From positions 14,900,001-15,148,000 of the forward strand of contig OX597825.1 of NCBI GenBank assembly GCA_951406725.2: a DNA stretch of 248,000 nt. Direction: 5' to 3'. The translations under genes and the position numbers were made by a program. Below, piece after piece: positions 229,426 through 245,794 of this stretch. The stretch comes from Octopus vulgaris. Taxonomy: Eukaryota. The first letter of the stretch is position 1, and every line of letters begins with the position of its first letter. The notes below the pieces were generated by a model that did no database searches, had not been told where the DNA came from, and was given only the letters and a program-made list of their open reading frames with translations.

Positions 229426-229989
229426 ATTATTATTATTATTATTATTATTGTTATTATTATTATTATAAATAGGGTCGATTTGTTCCACTAAACCCACACC
229501 GTGCTGCAGCATGACAGCAGCCTATGAAGGAAACATGTAAAAACTAAAATGTCAACTAATTTAATTATTTTGGAGCTGATTAAACTTGAATTAGCTCTGA
229601 GGAGCATACTTGCGGACAGACGTTTTTTCTTTGTGATCATTTTGCCGTAATTAAAGTATCTCGGAAGAATATTTAATCAAGTATATCCTATTAGACGTAT
229701 GATTCGGAGGAAATATAGCTGCCTACTTTTGATAATTTTTAGTGTATGTCTACTTAAACGAACTACTAGTAATGTTGCTGCATCTTTAAGTATTCCATTA
229801 ATCCTATTAACATTTAATAATTAGTAAGAAAGTGGAGCTTAGAAGGAAAACTGGTGTTGTCCCCGCAAACTACTACCTGCATACAATTTCATTACACGGT
229901 TGAAAAACTAAAAAATATTTCCAAGTGTTGAACGTACTAAATGACTAACCTGCACGAAAAAAATATGCTTCGCCGTTGCCACAAAGTAC

Positions 229990-230405
229990 GGAAGTATCAA
230001 TTACTATTACAGCTATTTCTACTTGGAAGCACTCCGTCGGTTACGACGATGAGGGTTCCGGTTGATCCGAATCAACGGAACAGCCTGCTCGTGAAATTAA
230101 CGTGTAAGTGGCTGAGCACTCCACAGACACGTGCACCCTTTAGTTCTCGGGGATATTCAGCGTGACACAGAGAGTGACAAGGCCGGCCCCTTGAAATACA
230201 GGTACAACAGAAACAGGAAGTAAGAGTGAGAGAAAGTTGTGGTGAAAGAGTACAGCAGGGATCACCACCATCCCCTGCCGGAGCCTGGTGGAGCTTTTAG
230301 GTGTTTTCGCTCAATAAACACTCACAACGCCCGGTCTGGAAATCGAAACTGCGATCCTATGACCGCGAGTCCGCTGCCCTAACCACTGGGCCATTGCGCC
230401 TCCAC
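229990..230405 (-). mobile_element. SINE group D with tail 1 (young)
   Basis: Nearly identical to 235560-235945 and 245125-245512. Confidence 0.9.
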
Positions 230406-230464
230406 GCTATTTCTACTACACTTATTACAACTATCTATTACTATTACTTCTATTAATATTGGAA

Positions 230465-230775
230465 CACATAATAATAGACCGGACATAATGGTGATGGACA
230501 AGATGCACCACACATGTTATATAGTTGATGTTGCATCAACTATAGTCAAGACGGAAGGCGAAAGGACAGATAAATACAACGCTCTTATGTACGAAATAGC
230601 CCGGTTATGGAAAATGAAGACGGTGAAAATAGTGTCAATTATTGTTAAGTCCTTGTGAACAGTATCGAAAGGCATCGAGCGGAATATAAAGGAAATCGGA
230701 AAAGAGTGTCCAGTAGAATGTTACAAAAGGTTTACCTCCTTGGCATTCCCAGAATAATCAGGAAAGTAGAAGATA
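230465..230775 (+). mobile_element. Dong/R4 RLE C-terminal fragment
   Basis: IVDVAS..DKYNALMYEIARLWKMKTVKIVSIIV. Confidence 0.65.
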
Positions 230776-231272
230776 GCTGGAAAAAAAAACGATTAGCACG
230801 GCGACGTACGCTGCATGTAGTAAACCCGCTACGCATGCAAGACTCCAGGTGATACAACAAAACACGTGATAAAGAGAAATAATAAAAATAACAAGAGCAC
230901 TCAGAGAGCACAAATGTCTGCCAATGCGACATCATCGTCCTCTCAACGATTAGCCAGAGATTATTTTTAAAATGAGATTATTTGAAATGACCTCGACTGC
231001 TCTTACAAACAAGAATACTAAACATGAACCCGACCGCTCTCAAAAATTAATTAAAAAACCCTTGGAAATAATCCAGAATCCTTGGCCGGTACTGGATCGA
231101 TCCCAAAGTCTAATCAGTTCGTATCAGTCACGATGCCAAACATCCCTGAAACTTTCATCTGAATTCATCGAAGAGATCTTGAGATATCTTATCCACAGAC
231201 AAACAAACGAAGAAACACGATTAAAAACAATACCTTCACCTTCACTAAGGCGGAGGTAATAATGATGAAAAA

Positions 231273-231334
<62 letters not shown>

Positions 231335-231336
231335 AT

Positions 231337-231421
<85 letters not shown>

Positions 231422-231636
231422 TTTGATCTTTGCATTAGCAATAGTTTGTACGCTATAAATTTTCGCTTACGATAATCGACAAAAAAATAGTATCTGCTCA
231501 AAATATCTGTTTCGGCGCTTTCATTACGCAGGGTGTTACCGCTGAAAGTCATTTAAAGCGCCAAGGAGTCTATTGTATATTTGCATGTGCTGATCCGGTA
231601 ATAGTTTAGCTGTTGCAAGATTGGAACTAATGTGCT

Positions 231637-231686
<50 letters not shown>

Positions 231687-232152
231687 CTCATATAGACATA
231701 ATACATGTGTGTGTGTATCAGCAGCTGGTATTCAATTTGTAGTTTGTTCAGTTTAAAAAAAAATGTTAAAATTACCAATTATTTTCAAATGCGTCAATCG
231801 TTTTTTAATCGTGAACTCAACTCTATCCAATACTAATGACAGAAAATGCAACAAATCGTATTATGATAACGGCTTTAATGTAAGAAATAGTGGAAATTAT
231901 TGATATTAATGATTTATGCCATTATTTACATTAGTCTTGATATTTGTTTCTGCTTTATTGAGGTTGGGAATATTTTCCAGAAGATTGTTTAGAACGATGA
232001 CATAAAATAAATATGATTCTATTGATTTTCTTTGCTTGTTACTTTACAAAAAAAATCGCATTTATTTATAACAGAAAAGAACATTTTATCGCTTTATCTT
232101 TCTCTGATTTCCTTCCACACATACACACATACACACACACACATACACACAG

Positions 232153-232183
<31 letters not shown>

Positions 232184-232344
232184 AAGACACACACACAAAG
232201 ACACACACACACGCACATACACACAAGAACACATGAACATACACACACACATATATATATATATATACATTTATATATAGAAATATATGTAGGCATGTAT
232301 GTATGCATGCATGCATCCGCATATGTGTATATATATATATATAC

Positions 232345-232456
<112 letters not shown>

Positions 232457-234339
232457 ATATGTATATGTGTGTGTGTGTGTGTGTGTATATATGTATATAT
232501 TATGAGAGAGAGAGAGATGTTATTTTCAATTACCATAAATGTATTGAACAATTCTCATAACCCAATTTGCTAATGTATAGATTTTACATCAGATTATTTA
232601 TTGTTGCCCAAATGTATCTCATTATTTGAAACATTCAAATTCCCCATTTAAACTCAGGGCCAACAGAAATATATGGGCATTTATATCTGAAAGGTTAAAG
232701 TGGTAACAACATGCAAGTAGAAAAAAAAAATCGTTTCCAATTTATTGCTTCTAAATTATGAATGAATCTGTGTTGTTCAGGAAAGATAGCTGCTCAGATA
232801 CTGCTAAGTGATTGTTTGTTCTGGGTTGTTTTTGTTTTTTTCATTTTGAATTAAGTACAAGAATTGGATTTATATAAGTTTTTTCTGATTAGAATAAGAT
232901 ATTTGTCTATTTCCATTCATTCTGTTGTTGTTGTTGAGGTTGTTGTTCTTGTTTCAGTTGTCAATACTGATGTCTCTGTTAATTGAAATAGTATGAAATA
233001 GCATATTTCCTTACAAGAAGGATGCCTTAACGATTTAACGATTGAAAGTATTTTCATCGTTTAAAGGCGACAAAATTCCCTTAAATTGATTTCATATTTT
233101 ACACTGTAAAACTAATTGTTTTCTGTAAATTAAAATGATTTTTTAGATGTGTTTCTTTTTCGTACCTTTCTACTATTCTCTGATAGTTATTCAAACAGGT
233201 TAGTGTGTATTGGCATAAGTTAACACGAACACTATGCTAGGTTCCAAGGAAGTATTTCATATTCATATAAAATACTTCTAATTGAAGGAAGTATTTCATA
233301 TTCATATACCACTGAATTTCTGTAATGACATCATCTTAAGGAATGTACAGTATAAAACCCAATACGAAGTGCTACATAACCAATGAATATATACAAACTA
233401 GTTCCACGTGCATTAAATACTTTAATGACTTAGGGATAAGATGAATTGCTGATAATTTAGTACAACCACTCAAATTGGTATTCATGTTCGATAATTTATA
233501 ATCCAGTAGTTTACGTCTATCGGTATGTTTTAGAAGAATATGCCGACTAAACTGTAGAATCGACATAGCAATCTGGTTTATTTTACCATTTGAATATCAC
233601 TGAATGCTTAACAGTGTCCAAGAACATGACATAACTTTTAATAACCCAATCTACATTGATGTGAGGAGATGCCTGTTTGTAGTGGAACGTGTTAATTATT
233701 TATTTCACTTATAGTACTAAACATAACTTCTCCTATAGCTATATCGCGTGAGAGAATATCATTTAAGGACACATTGCTCTATCGACAGATTAATACTTCG
233801 CAACTAGTCATTGGTGATTCGAGAAAGATAAGCATTAATGTTGAGCATTTGAAACATTATTCCATGTACAATAACTTATCTGCTTATAATCATTTCTAAA
233901 ATTAAATGAGAAATTTAACGCCCATCCACTTATTTCGTGTAAACTGGCGCCTAGAAACAAGTTATATAATTTCATCATAGACAGTCTAAACGATATTCAT
234001 ATTTCCAAAGGTTTCTTATGGGAGACGTTGGATAGAATTAAGGTCCCTTTGTATAAATGATCATATTTTCTATTTGAAATCAGATCCAATAGCTAACGAT
234101 TGCTGCTAGTAATTTGTGTATTTTCTGAGACTAATAGGCGAGGTTTAAATGTTCAATAATTGTTTCTGGAGTTCATTGAATGCAGTAACTCATACTTGAT
234201 ATGCCTCGGAATAAATACTGAAAAATATTTCTCGTTTCTAACGGCTATGATTCCCCATCGTCCCTGAAGAGCATTGAGAAGAAGACTGTTAAATTCTACT
234301 AATTTTAATTATCTGGATACATGCTTACATAAATGTGAT

Positions 234340-234525
234340 GCGCGGGCGTGTCTGTGTGGTAAGACGCTTGCTTCAAAACCACATGGTTCCGGGTTCAGTT
234401 CCACTGTATGACAACCTGGGCAAGTGTATTCTACTATAACCTCGAGCCGACCAAATCCTTATGGGTGGATTTAGTAGAAGGAAGCTGAAAGAGGCCCATC
234501 GTATATATATATGTATGTGCGTGTT

Positions 234526-234563
<38 letters not shown>

Positions 234564-234790
234564 TGTGTATCTGTGTGTGTTTGTTTCTTTGTGTCTGTGT
234601 TTGTCCTCCATCATCGCTTGACAACCGATGTTGGTGTGCTTAAGTCCCCGAAACTTAGCGACTCGGCAAAAAGGACCGATCGAATAAGTGCTAGGCGTGC
234701 AAAGAAAAAGTCCTGGTGTCGATTTCTTCGACTAAATGCTGTGCTCCAGCATGGTCACAGTTACATGACTGAAACGCGTAAAAGAGTATG
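234340..234790 (+). mobile_element. SINE group B (older copy)
   Basis: Diverged full-length match. Confidence 0.7.
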
Positions 234791-237456
234791 AATATAAATA
234801 TGCTACAAATAGATACATGCTGACTATAAAAGATTCGAGATTTATAAAACACGAAGGCATTCTGAATTCAAATTTTACGACAATTATGTGAAATCTCGTT
234901 TCAAATGACTAAAAGTGTGAATGGTATTTGGATGTGCAATATCGTGCGTCTATTAATGTTTTCAAGACATTCGTAATGAAATTTCTGTCAGGCTCAGTGA
235001 AATTTAACAAAATGTACTTCTTAATGCCTCACCGTCCCAAAACGAAAATGATTTTAATAAAGAAACAAAGACCAAATTTTAATTCTCATCCCTAAGCGTT
235101 AACTTGTTCTTTGTGAGTGGATACGATGACAAAATGTTTTTTTTGTTGTTGTTTGTTTTATTGGAACTCATCAGAAAAATGCCATCAATGCGAAATCGTA
235201 TAATGTTTTCAAATACAGAAAAAAAATGTTACTAAAAATTTTACTGAAATCTAATTAACACAATGAAAACAAAATTGAGCTGAAGGAGATACATCGAATT
235301 AAAAGCATGGATTGATATTGATCATTTATGCAAGCATTCATCCGTACGCCTCATTCGTAGTGAAGTTGATTCGTATTACTCTCAGATGGTGGAAGAGAAC
235401 GAAAGTCAGCATCTTTCCCTAACGATTTACAAAAAAGGAACTCGATGTGAATTATGTGATAATTTGATGAACAAATGTGTTTGTCGTGCTTATCCAAAGA
235501 TAGGATATTTATAGCAAGAATCGTTGGTAATTGCACAGGATATTTATTTTAATACATTGTGTGGAAGCACTCCGTCGGTTACGACGATGAGGGTTCCGGT
235601 TGATCCGAATCAACGGAACAGCCTGCTCGTGAAATTAACGTGTAAGTGGCTGAGCACTCCACAGACACGTGCACCCTTAACGTAGTTCTCGGGGATATTC
235701 AGCGTGACACAGAGAGTGACAAGGCCGGCCCCTTGAAATACAGGTACAACAGAAACAGGAAGTAAGAGTGAGAGAAAGTTGTGGTGAAAGAGTACAGCAG
235801 GGATCACCACCATCCCCTGCCGGAGCCTCGTGGAGCTTTTAGGTGTTTCGCTCAATAAACACTCAGAACGCCCGGTCTGGGAATCGAAACCGCGATCCTA
235901 TGACCGCGAGTCCGCTGCCCTAACCACTGGGCCATTGCGCCTCCACTTTAATACATTATTACTTATATGAAATTAACAGCCTATTTACGTCGGAATCGCT
236001 TACAAATTTCGGCAGCTTAATCATTTTAATTCCTACAATACGAGAAATAATTCAATCCATTTCGATATTTTATGCGTATAACTTAGCTGATCTCTGCGTG
236101 CCAAATTAATCTGAATGGACGCTATTTGTATTATGTTATAATTACCTCAAATTCATTACAGCAAAACACATTCTCTTTATTGATGTATATTTAACCAATC
236201 GAAAAAAGTGATCTTTATGTGGTCGTACGACTGGTAAGCTATTGCAGCTAAATCTTCTCCAAACTTCGCCCGACTAAGATGAAGACCAAGATGGTATATT
236301 GTATCGTAATTGCTGGAATATGTCCTATCATTGATCAAATCGGGCAGCGCCGGCTGTTTACGAAACAACAATGCATAACTTTCTATTGACAAATATCCGT
236401 ATGTATCGATGTAAGTATGTGTTTGTATGAATTTTCGTGTGTATGTATATGTGTATAGGTATGTACGTATGTATGTATTGTTTGGTTTCAAAATAGACAG
236501 TGATTCATCCAATAATTTGCTTAAATAGCTGTAATGTTACAGAAAGCTTGAGAGCCAACAAATTGCCGCTTAAATCTACAGATTATTCAGTTTCCATCCG
236601 GCTTAATAGTTTGCTGAAGCAGAGGGTTGCCTACCAGAGAACGGAGTTGGAACATATCTGCATCTTTTCATGAACCTGTTCCAAAGTAATTGCCTGATGG
236701 TCATGATTGAATGCAAACAATTTTTTAATGTTCCCGCTAACAACATCTTGGTTTTCAGGAAAATACACCATATGATTATCTCCATTAAAATAGCACAAAA
236801 ATATCTCGGCTTCTAGACATCAAACGTAGTTCACCAAAAATCACTTAATACTAGGGTACCTATAAAGGACTGTTTGAACAACGATGAATTTGAGAACGGT
236901 CATAAACCATGTTTAACCAGAGGATTGGGGGCTATTTTTTTCGTGATATGGTTGAACCTTTCTGTTATTTAGATGGGCTTTAATGGATAAATCCCTTCGA
237001 AAACGAGAAGCTTCTTAAAATGGACAATCACCTACTGTTCCCCTTCCTATTCCGAATATGCGTCCACGTTAATCAATGGCAGTAAAGGTATTCTGTAAAT
237101 GGGCATAGAACAATTAGCAATCCTCTTTGTCAGCGTATCTACAATAGACGTGGAAGCAACAAAAGCACTACAGCAACAAAGTGGTATTGATTAAAAGAGA
237201 AATAATCTTAACAGGGAAATCAAAATTGCTGTGGGGCAGATAAAATAAGGGATAAACAAAATGGAGTTGGTGTAGCATCTGAGGTATTTCAGTAAGGTGG
237301 GTGTATTTCGTAGATTTTTTTTTAATACTACGTTTACTAACGTGATCTTTCTGTATTGAATAATCTTCGTTGAGATTTGAAATCATTTCGCTGCTACTTT
237401 TTATAGCTCGAGTGAAAACGTAAACGTTTTATCAAGTTCTGGTCACTAGTGTGTGA

Positions 237457-237502
<46 letters not shown>

Positions 237503-238399
237503 GAGAGTATGACAAACCCGCCGCCATATGAGTTTGAACAATATTTCAAAATTAATGAACCCATAGATTGTTTTTATTATAACGATTTAAAATATCTTCA
237601 ACCAAACTCACAAAACATGATATATTGCATATGTTTGTCGTTCTCAACAACAGTTGAGACAAGTTTATGATTATTTTCAGATGTGTGTTTTACATAGATA
237701 TTTATTAATGAGTCTAAATCTCATCTTTGTTGATGATAAATCTGTATTTCCAATCGTTGGTCTTATGCCAAGTGAAACGGAATCTATATTTCCTAACATC
237801 GAATTGAAATGTTCTTCCAACTAGAATAGAAAATGCGAGGTGGCGTTAAATTTCATTTGAATATGTTTGAAGATTTGTTGAAGCCCTTTACACAAATATT
237901 GGAAATATTGACGAAGTATAACATTTAAAACTGAAACATTAGCAAATATTGATAATATTTGATAACTATGCAGAGTTAAGTACAACATACTGTCAGCTAT
238001 GGAGTTACTGAACTATATTTGATCAACTGCCCGAATAATAATAATGATAATAATACTAATAGTAATAGCAAGAAGAAGAAAGAACAACAATGATAATATC
238101 AATATTAAGAAGGAAGAGGAGGAGGAGGAGGAGAAAGAACGAGAACGATAATATCAATTTCAATAATGATGATAATGATGATAAGAAGAAGAAGAAGAGA
238201 AAGAAGAAGAAGTAGAAGAAGGACAAGAAGAAAAAATAACAACAATGATAATATCAATATTATTATTAACGATGATGATGATGATGATAATAATAATAAT
238301 AAGAATAATAATAAGAAGAAGAAGAAGAAGAAGAAGAAGAACAACAACAACAACAGCAACAATAACAACAACAACAACAGCAACAACAATAATAATATT

Positions 238400-239660
238400 C
238401 ATGGTGACACTGATATGAAGATGGAGTTTGAACTTTCAAATTTGGTGATGAGAAGAGGAAAGCTTGTTAGGACAGAAGACGTACATATGTATTCCAAGTG
238501 GTAAAATGATGAATGCAGTTGAACCTGAATCTAGAATACTTGAGGCAGACAGGATTAAGCACAATGATATTAAAGAAAAAGAGAAAGAAAGAATGCCTGC
238601 GGTGAGTGAGAAAAATATTGTCTTCAAATCTGAATGCTAGAAACATAATTTCGGCACTAAATTTGAGTTTTGTCGCAAAAGTTCTGTACGGCGCTGAGAT
238701 TCTGAAGGGGGCACAGGATGAGCTAAAGAGTTGGACAGAATGACATGAAAGTTCCCCACGTTGCAATGAGCCCGGCGTTCACGTACAAACTCTGATCGAC
238801 TATATAATGAAGAGATCAAATAGCGGATGGGGACTGTGGTACACTGAGTACGTAGTCTTACTATGATACCTATCCCAAAATTAAAAATACCTTACTAGAG
238901 TCATTTAGCATTGAAAGCAAGAAGTACGAAAAGAACACGAAGAATCATTACGCAGTAACGTACTATACACAGTTTATGTAACCACAAGTGAAGGAAAACA
239001 TAGGTGGAATTGGCTGAAGAAAGGAAAGCTGAAGAAAGAAACTGACGGCACCATAATAGCAGCGCAAAACCAAGCTTTGGCCACAAGTTGTTAGAGGGTC
239101 AGGTTAGGGATGAGCAAGTTTCTCCATTGTGCTGCATGTGTAATAGATAGGACGAAGCCATTGCTCTTATTCAAACGAATGCTGCAGATTTGCTCAAAAT
239201 CATTACAGGTTTTGGCGACACATTGAGGGTGCGAAAGTGCTACGTTGGAAATTGTGTGTAAAAGTGGGATCTAGGGAAGGTAAGACGTAGTATGAGCACA
239301 TACGACAGAGTATAACGGGGTCAGAGGCTGCAAAATACTGTAGGATTTCTGAATCAAAACAGATCAGGTGCTAGAGAATAACAAATCAGACCTAGAAGTT
239401 GTGGACAACATGCGCAACAAGTGCAATATAGTTGATGTTGCGTACCTATTTGCCCCACGGACTGTCAAAAAGGAAGGTGAAATACAGATATATACTATCC
239501 TCGTAAGTGCGAAATAATCCAGCAATGGAAAATGAAATCAGTTGAGATAATAATAAATATTGTTATGTCTTTGAGGACAGCATCAGAAGGAATCAAGATG
239601 AATATAAAGCAAATTAGAATAGAGTGCCCAGTAGAATTGTTACTGACACAAGTTATATGA
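238400..239660 (+). mobile_element. 5'-truncated Dong/R4 LINE following an (AAC/AAT)n tract
   Basis: MEFELSN..RGKLV, WNWLKKGKLKKETDGTIIAAQNQALAT, RLE remnant VDVAYLF. Confidence 0.75.
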
Positions 239661-240959
239661 GACATTTCTTTGATACTTTGTGAAGGGTAGGTTCGATTAC
239701 TGTTTTCACATGCTGATCATTATAGGCGGATGGACGTCCTATACCTTCTTGATATACAAGGATCTTATCTTAACCAGCTTATACTAGTTATGGCATAATA
239801 CTCACTCCTATCGCTTTTATTCCCTTCCTATAAGTTAAAACATCATTTGTACGCAATCGAAATAAGCAATTAATTTACATATTCCTCATATATCTACATA
239901 CTGCCTGATGGAAACTTTCTCTTTATTGAAGTAATGTCTGAGAAAATTCTTAACTTTCAGTTATATATAAAACAAAAAGCTTGCCAATAACTGAATAATC
240001 TAAATTCGCTTATATTAGCCAATTTTAACAATTTTGTGATCTATCATATAATACGATACCACGAAACTACCTCTGAGAAAATCAAACTATTTATATTTGA
240101 TATATTCCAACTAAAGACGTATTTTTCTACTGGAGAGCATAATATGCTAAAATTGATAACATCCATCAAAATGTTTAAAGATTAATAGGAAATGAATTTA
240201 GAGAATTTAGACAATTACTTAAAACGTTCTTGTGATGTATCATTAGACTTCTGATCTTCAGTTATTTCTGATTCCATAAATTAATTCAGTATGGTTATAG
240301 CATCTTTAATTATGAAGGAGGATAGTATAATAAATACGGAACATACAGATTTGAATTGGTAACTTTTATATTACAGAAAAATATTTCTTAAGATGTCTTG
240401 TTTCAACAAATAAAAATCCGTTGAAAAAAATAGACATATGCAAGCAAGAGCTAAAGAATTATTTTAAGCATCATACATCTTCATAGATTGAACAACAATC
240501 AGGCATTCGCTATTTTTTCTCTATTCTCTTAGGTTATCTCTCTGGCAATAGTTTTATATTATACGCTGAACTAGGTTACAATCTTTTTTACGTATTCGTA
240601 CGTAAATGCGTGCATATTTATGCAAACATCTGTATGTGTAGTATCATTTATCTAGTTGCGTGCGTCAGTGATATAACTATATGATCAACAGTGTCTAGAA
240701 AGATATTATGTAAAAAGATGTACAACGCAGAAACATGTACAAACAATCTACTCAATGGTAGTTTATGTGTAGTGTTATACAAATGAATTAGATTCTAAAT
240801 GTTTAATTAAGGTTTTGCTTTTGATAGTAATTAGTATGTCAAATAAGCAAACAAGCTTTATAATAAATAGATATCTCAGTGCCCATATGAGCAGCAGTTT
240901 GAAATGCAGATTTTTTTAGTTGTGTAAATATATATACACACATATATATATACACACAA

Positions 240960-241030
<71 letters not shown>

Positions 241031-241109
241031 TACATACATACATACATACATACACACATACATACATATATATATACATGCATGCATACATACATACTTA
241101 CATACATAC

Positions 241110-241164
<55 letters not shown>

Positions 241165-241441
241165 AGAGAACGGCATGTATATGTGTATGGGTGTGTGTAT
241201 AAATTGACATGTATGCATATATGTATGAAAAATAAGTATATGTGTACATACAGATAAATAAGTGTATATATGAATAAAGGGATATGTAATGTACAAATAT
241301 ATCTAGATGTACGCATGTAATATACATATATATAATATATATATATGAATACACACATATATATATATATATAGTATAGGCATAGATATATATGTATATA
241401 TATAGATATTTATGTATGCATATATATAAATTCACACACAC

Positions 241442-241472
<31 letters not shown>

Positions 241473-243111
241473 TATATATATATATACGTTCTTGTATGTG
241501 GGGGTGTGAATCTTATATTGCCTCATGCATTTATTTCAACTCAGTTTTCAAATTAAAATTCGTACAAAACACAAGCATTTGCTGTTATATATAGGATAGT
241601 TAAATGCATACGAACGACTTCATCAATATTTGTTCAAGAGTTCAAAGCCTCATTGCTTTATTAAAGAGGTTTCTCCTACACATACATCAACCTGAATATA
241701 AATAAATGTATTGGTTTGATGGTTATCACTCTAATATACTTTGTACAAGCTGCATTTTTTTTTACATCGCAACACAGTTGTGGTTTTGTTTACATGCAAA
241801 ACTACGACACGCTGTGATTATGTATATTCTGGGCTAATATTTATATTGTTGACACAAATATATTTTATCTTTTACTACGCTCTATGCAGCTTGGGGTTTT
241901 TTGAGAACGCAGTGTTTTTAATAAACTGTTTCGATACGTTCATATAAAATATTAATTCTGTAGCACTTAATGACTACAAGTATTGGTTTTTATATTAGAC
242001 TAATCATGCTATAACGATATTTAGTTACCAATGGTTGATTAGTTCTTGAAGATGCTGATAAAAACCACTTATAACATCACTAGCAGTATCGCCCGGCGTT
242101 GCTCGGGTTTGTAAGGGAAATAACTATAAAGCATTTTTAGAGAGTTATAGCCGCCGAAAAATAGCAAAAAATGCATTAAAAATGGAAAAAATATGATGGT
242201 AAATTTTTGTTTAAATCGTTGACTCATCGTAGACATTTTTAGAGAGTTACGTCCCTTATATTTAAAAATAATATGCATTAAAATGGAAAAAAGTGATGGT
242301 AAATTATTTTTAAAATCGTAGACTCATTGTAGACGCGCGCTAATACCCAGAAGGGCTCGATATGAATCACGACTATAAGATACCCGGTTTTGGTTAAACT
242401 GCACCGCAAAATGTGGGAGTAGTTAGGAATCTAAATCGGAGTAGACAGGCACACAACCTTACTTTTATATATAAAGATATCAACTCCTCTTTTCATCCAG
242501 CTTCCATTGATCATATAACGTAATTGTCTTTGATTTGTAGGTTTGAAGTAGGAGCAGACAAATCTCAGCCTATTTAATTTGACTAGTCATTGTAGAGTGA
242601 AGAAAACCGACAAACAGTTGAAAAGCTGCATTCCGTTTTCCGAACTTTGGTATCAGTGGCAAATGGACTCCTTTTCACTGAATCTAATTAAGTTTATAAA
242701 TTTCTATTCGGAAAACTGTTGCTTTACGAATGCATGTGGCGTTAAATTAAGGCGTTATTGAGGCATTGATGATTCGGGAAATCAGCCGGAAACCATAACA
242801 GCAATTTACAAATATGACTTCGAACGTATTCCTGACAAGGCATTTCACAATATGGCTTTTATAAACAATACATTTTATATTCTTCAGACATACACAAAAT
242901 ACAAGATTATTTTTTTTTATCTTCCCTCAGTTATCATAAATACAATAGTATAAATAATTTCTGTTGAAATACGCCAAGTAGAGAAAAATACGTGTCTTTA
243001 GGTCCATGCGCTATATATGCATACGTGTGTGTGATTATGCGTGTGTGTGTGTGTGTGTCTCTCTCTCTCTCTCTGTGAGTGTGTTTGCGTGTGAGTGTAT
243101 ATATGTATATA

Positions 243112-243150
<39 letters not shown>

Positions 243151-243162
243151 CAAGTGTGTATC

Positions 243163-243206
<44 letters not shown>

Positions 243207-243501
243207 GGAGGCGCAATGGCCCAGTGGTAAGGGCAGCGGACTCGCGGTTGTAGGATCGCGGTTTCGATTCCCAGACCAGGCTTTGTATGTGTTTATTGAA
243301 CGAAAACACCTAAGCTCCACGACGCTCCGGAAGTGGGTGGTGTACTCTTTCACCACAACTTTCTCTAATTCTTTCTTCTGTTGGCCTGCTCGCTTAGCCA
243401 GCGGGGTGGCGTCATTTGAAGGCTAAAACAATGCAAAGCACATTGTGACCAGCGATGTGTAGCAACATCTGATAGCCTGGTCAGTCACGGTGATCACGGT
243501 G

Positions 243502-243535
<34 letters not shown>

Positions 243536-243544
243536 CGTAGATTT

Positions 243545-243640
243545 CTCTTAGCAATTTGAAACGTATTCCTTTGAGTAATAACTCAATAAGGAGACAAATT
243601 GATGAAATGGCAGATAATGTGGAACAAATGTCGTACAGCA
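243545..243640 (+). pseudogene. hAT (Charlie/Buster-like) transposase fragment
   Basis: LKRIPLSNNSIRRQIDEMADNVEQ (compare IPLSNNTVSRRIDEM). Confidence 0.65.
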
Positions 243641-244054
243641 TATCAAAATCACGAAAAGATTTGACTTCGATTTCTAACACGGCCTGCTACCATGTAACAG
243701 CTATTTGCGATAAAGGACCCGCCGTTATGGCAAATAGCTACCAATGCGGGTGCACTTGTAAAAATTTACACAAACACATACTAATACATTAATATAGCAA
243801 AAAATAATAAAAAACATGTCTTTATAAGATATTTATCTTTATTTAGAAACCTACAATGAACAGGTCACCCAGGAAACAATGTAACACTGGATACAGCCTT
243901 ATACAGGGTACAACCTTAAAGTTGACACCGTTCGGTGCAACGAAAGTTTATTATTGGCTAAAAATAGATAGTTTTTTGATTTTGAAATTTTTCGTCAAAT
244001 AACTTCCTCCACATTGTGCCACTCATCTGAAGTACATATGTATTTCAACAATTT

Positions 244055-244475
244055 TTTATTTCTTTATTGCTCACAAGGGGACTAACATAGAGGGGGCAAA
244101 CAAGGACAGACAAACGGATTAAGTCGATTACATCGACCCCAGTGCGTAATTGGTACTTAATTTATCGACCCCGAAAGGATGAAAGGCAAAGTCGACCTCG
244201 GCGGAATTTGAATTCAGAAAGTAATGGAAGACGAAATACCTATTTCTTCACTACCCACAAGGGGCTAATCACAGAGAGAACAAACATGGACAGACAAACG
244301 GATTAAGTCGATTATATCGATCCCAGTGCGTAACTTGTACTTGTTTAATCGACCTCGAAAGGATGAAAGGCAATGTCAACCTCGGCGGAATTTGAACTCA
244401 GAACGTAACGACAGACGAACTACCGCTAAAGCATTTCACCCGGCGTGCTAACGATTCTGCCAGCTCGCCACCTTT
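244055..244475 (-). mobile_element. SINE A dimer
   Basis: Junction GACGAAATACCTATTTCTT near 244235. Confidence 0.85.
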
Positions 244476-245794
244476 CAGCAATTTCTATGAAATACACTCC
244501 TTGAGCATAAACAAAAATCCTCTTCCCGGTTGACAATAACGTATATGTCAGATTGTTGCATAAGTTCTAACCGTTTTGATAAAAGAAACCGGAAAGGTTT
244601 CAAATGATTTCATCAGCATCTGCTTCTCCCAAAAAGCATTCTTTCGATAAAAACACGTTGATCTCATAAGTGTAACGTGGTGGAAATATACGTAATTACC
244701 AAACTTTTATTCATAAGACCATTTAGTATTTCCCTTTTTTTTGTTTTTTTCTTTGTTTTTTTTTTTGCATTTCAGTTAATACATTTGTACCCCAAATTGC
244801 GCACAAGCGCATATGTAAAATGACGTTCATTATTATTATTTTTTTATCATTCTTTCCTGATATCAAAATAAGAAGTATATTGAAAAATTAAATATAAAAA
244901 TTGAGCGGGGAGTTGTGATACTAAGGGTCAAAAATGGGCGTTTGGCCAAAATGGGTGGAGAACCTTTGGACTAGAATAACATGAAATAAAGTGTCTCGCT
245001 GAAGAACAAAACGTGCCACCGGGAAACGAACTCACCACCCTACGATCATTAGCCGAACACCATATCCACTAAGCCAGGAACCTTCTACTGCAATAACGAT
245101 AATATTGATAATGCTGCTGATGGGATGGAAGCACACCGTCGGTTACGACGATGAGGGTTCCGGTTGATCAGAATCAACGGAACAGCATGCTCGTGAAATT
245201 AACGTGTAAGTGGCTGAGCACTCCACAGACACGTGTACCCTTAACGTAGTTCTCGGGGATATTCAGCGTGACACAGAGAGTGACAAGGCCGGACCTTTGA
245301 AATACAGGTACAACAGAAACAGGAAGTAAGAGTGAGAGAAAGGTGTGGTGAAAGAGTACAGCAGGGATGACCACCATCCCTTGCCGGAGCCTCGTGGAGC
245401 TTTTAGGTGTTTTCGCTCAATAAACACTCACAACGCCCGGTCTGGGAATCGAAACCGCGATCGTATGACAGCGAGTCCGCAGCCCTAACCACTGGGCCAT
245501 TGCGCCTCCACTAATGCTGCTGATGATAGTGAGGGTATCCAGAGTGTTGAATGGGTTTGATGTATGGATGTTTATTGATCGTAATAAAGGTAAGAGCTGT
245601 TTAAATCATAACAGAGGTTGGTAATGTTGCAGCAGTTGACATCGATTCTATTGGATGAGGATAATGAAGATTTAGAGAGAGGGAGAGTCTTGAGGCGAAG
245701 TTTATGACAAACGATGTCGATAGGTACCGTGGGGAGGACGAGAAGAATGTTAAATAACGAATGGTTGTGAGGATAATCATGACGCCAATAGAGG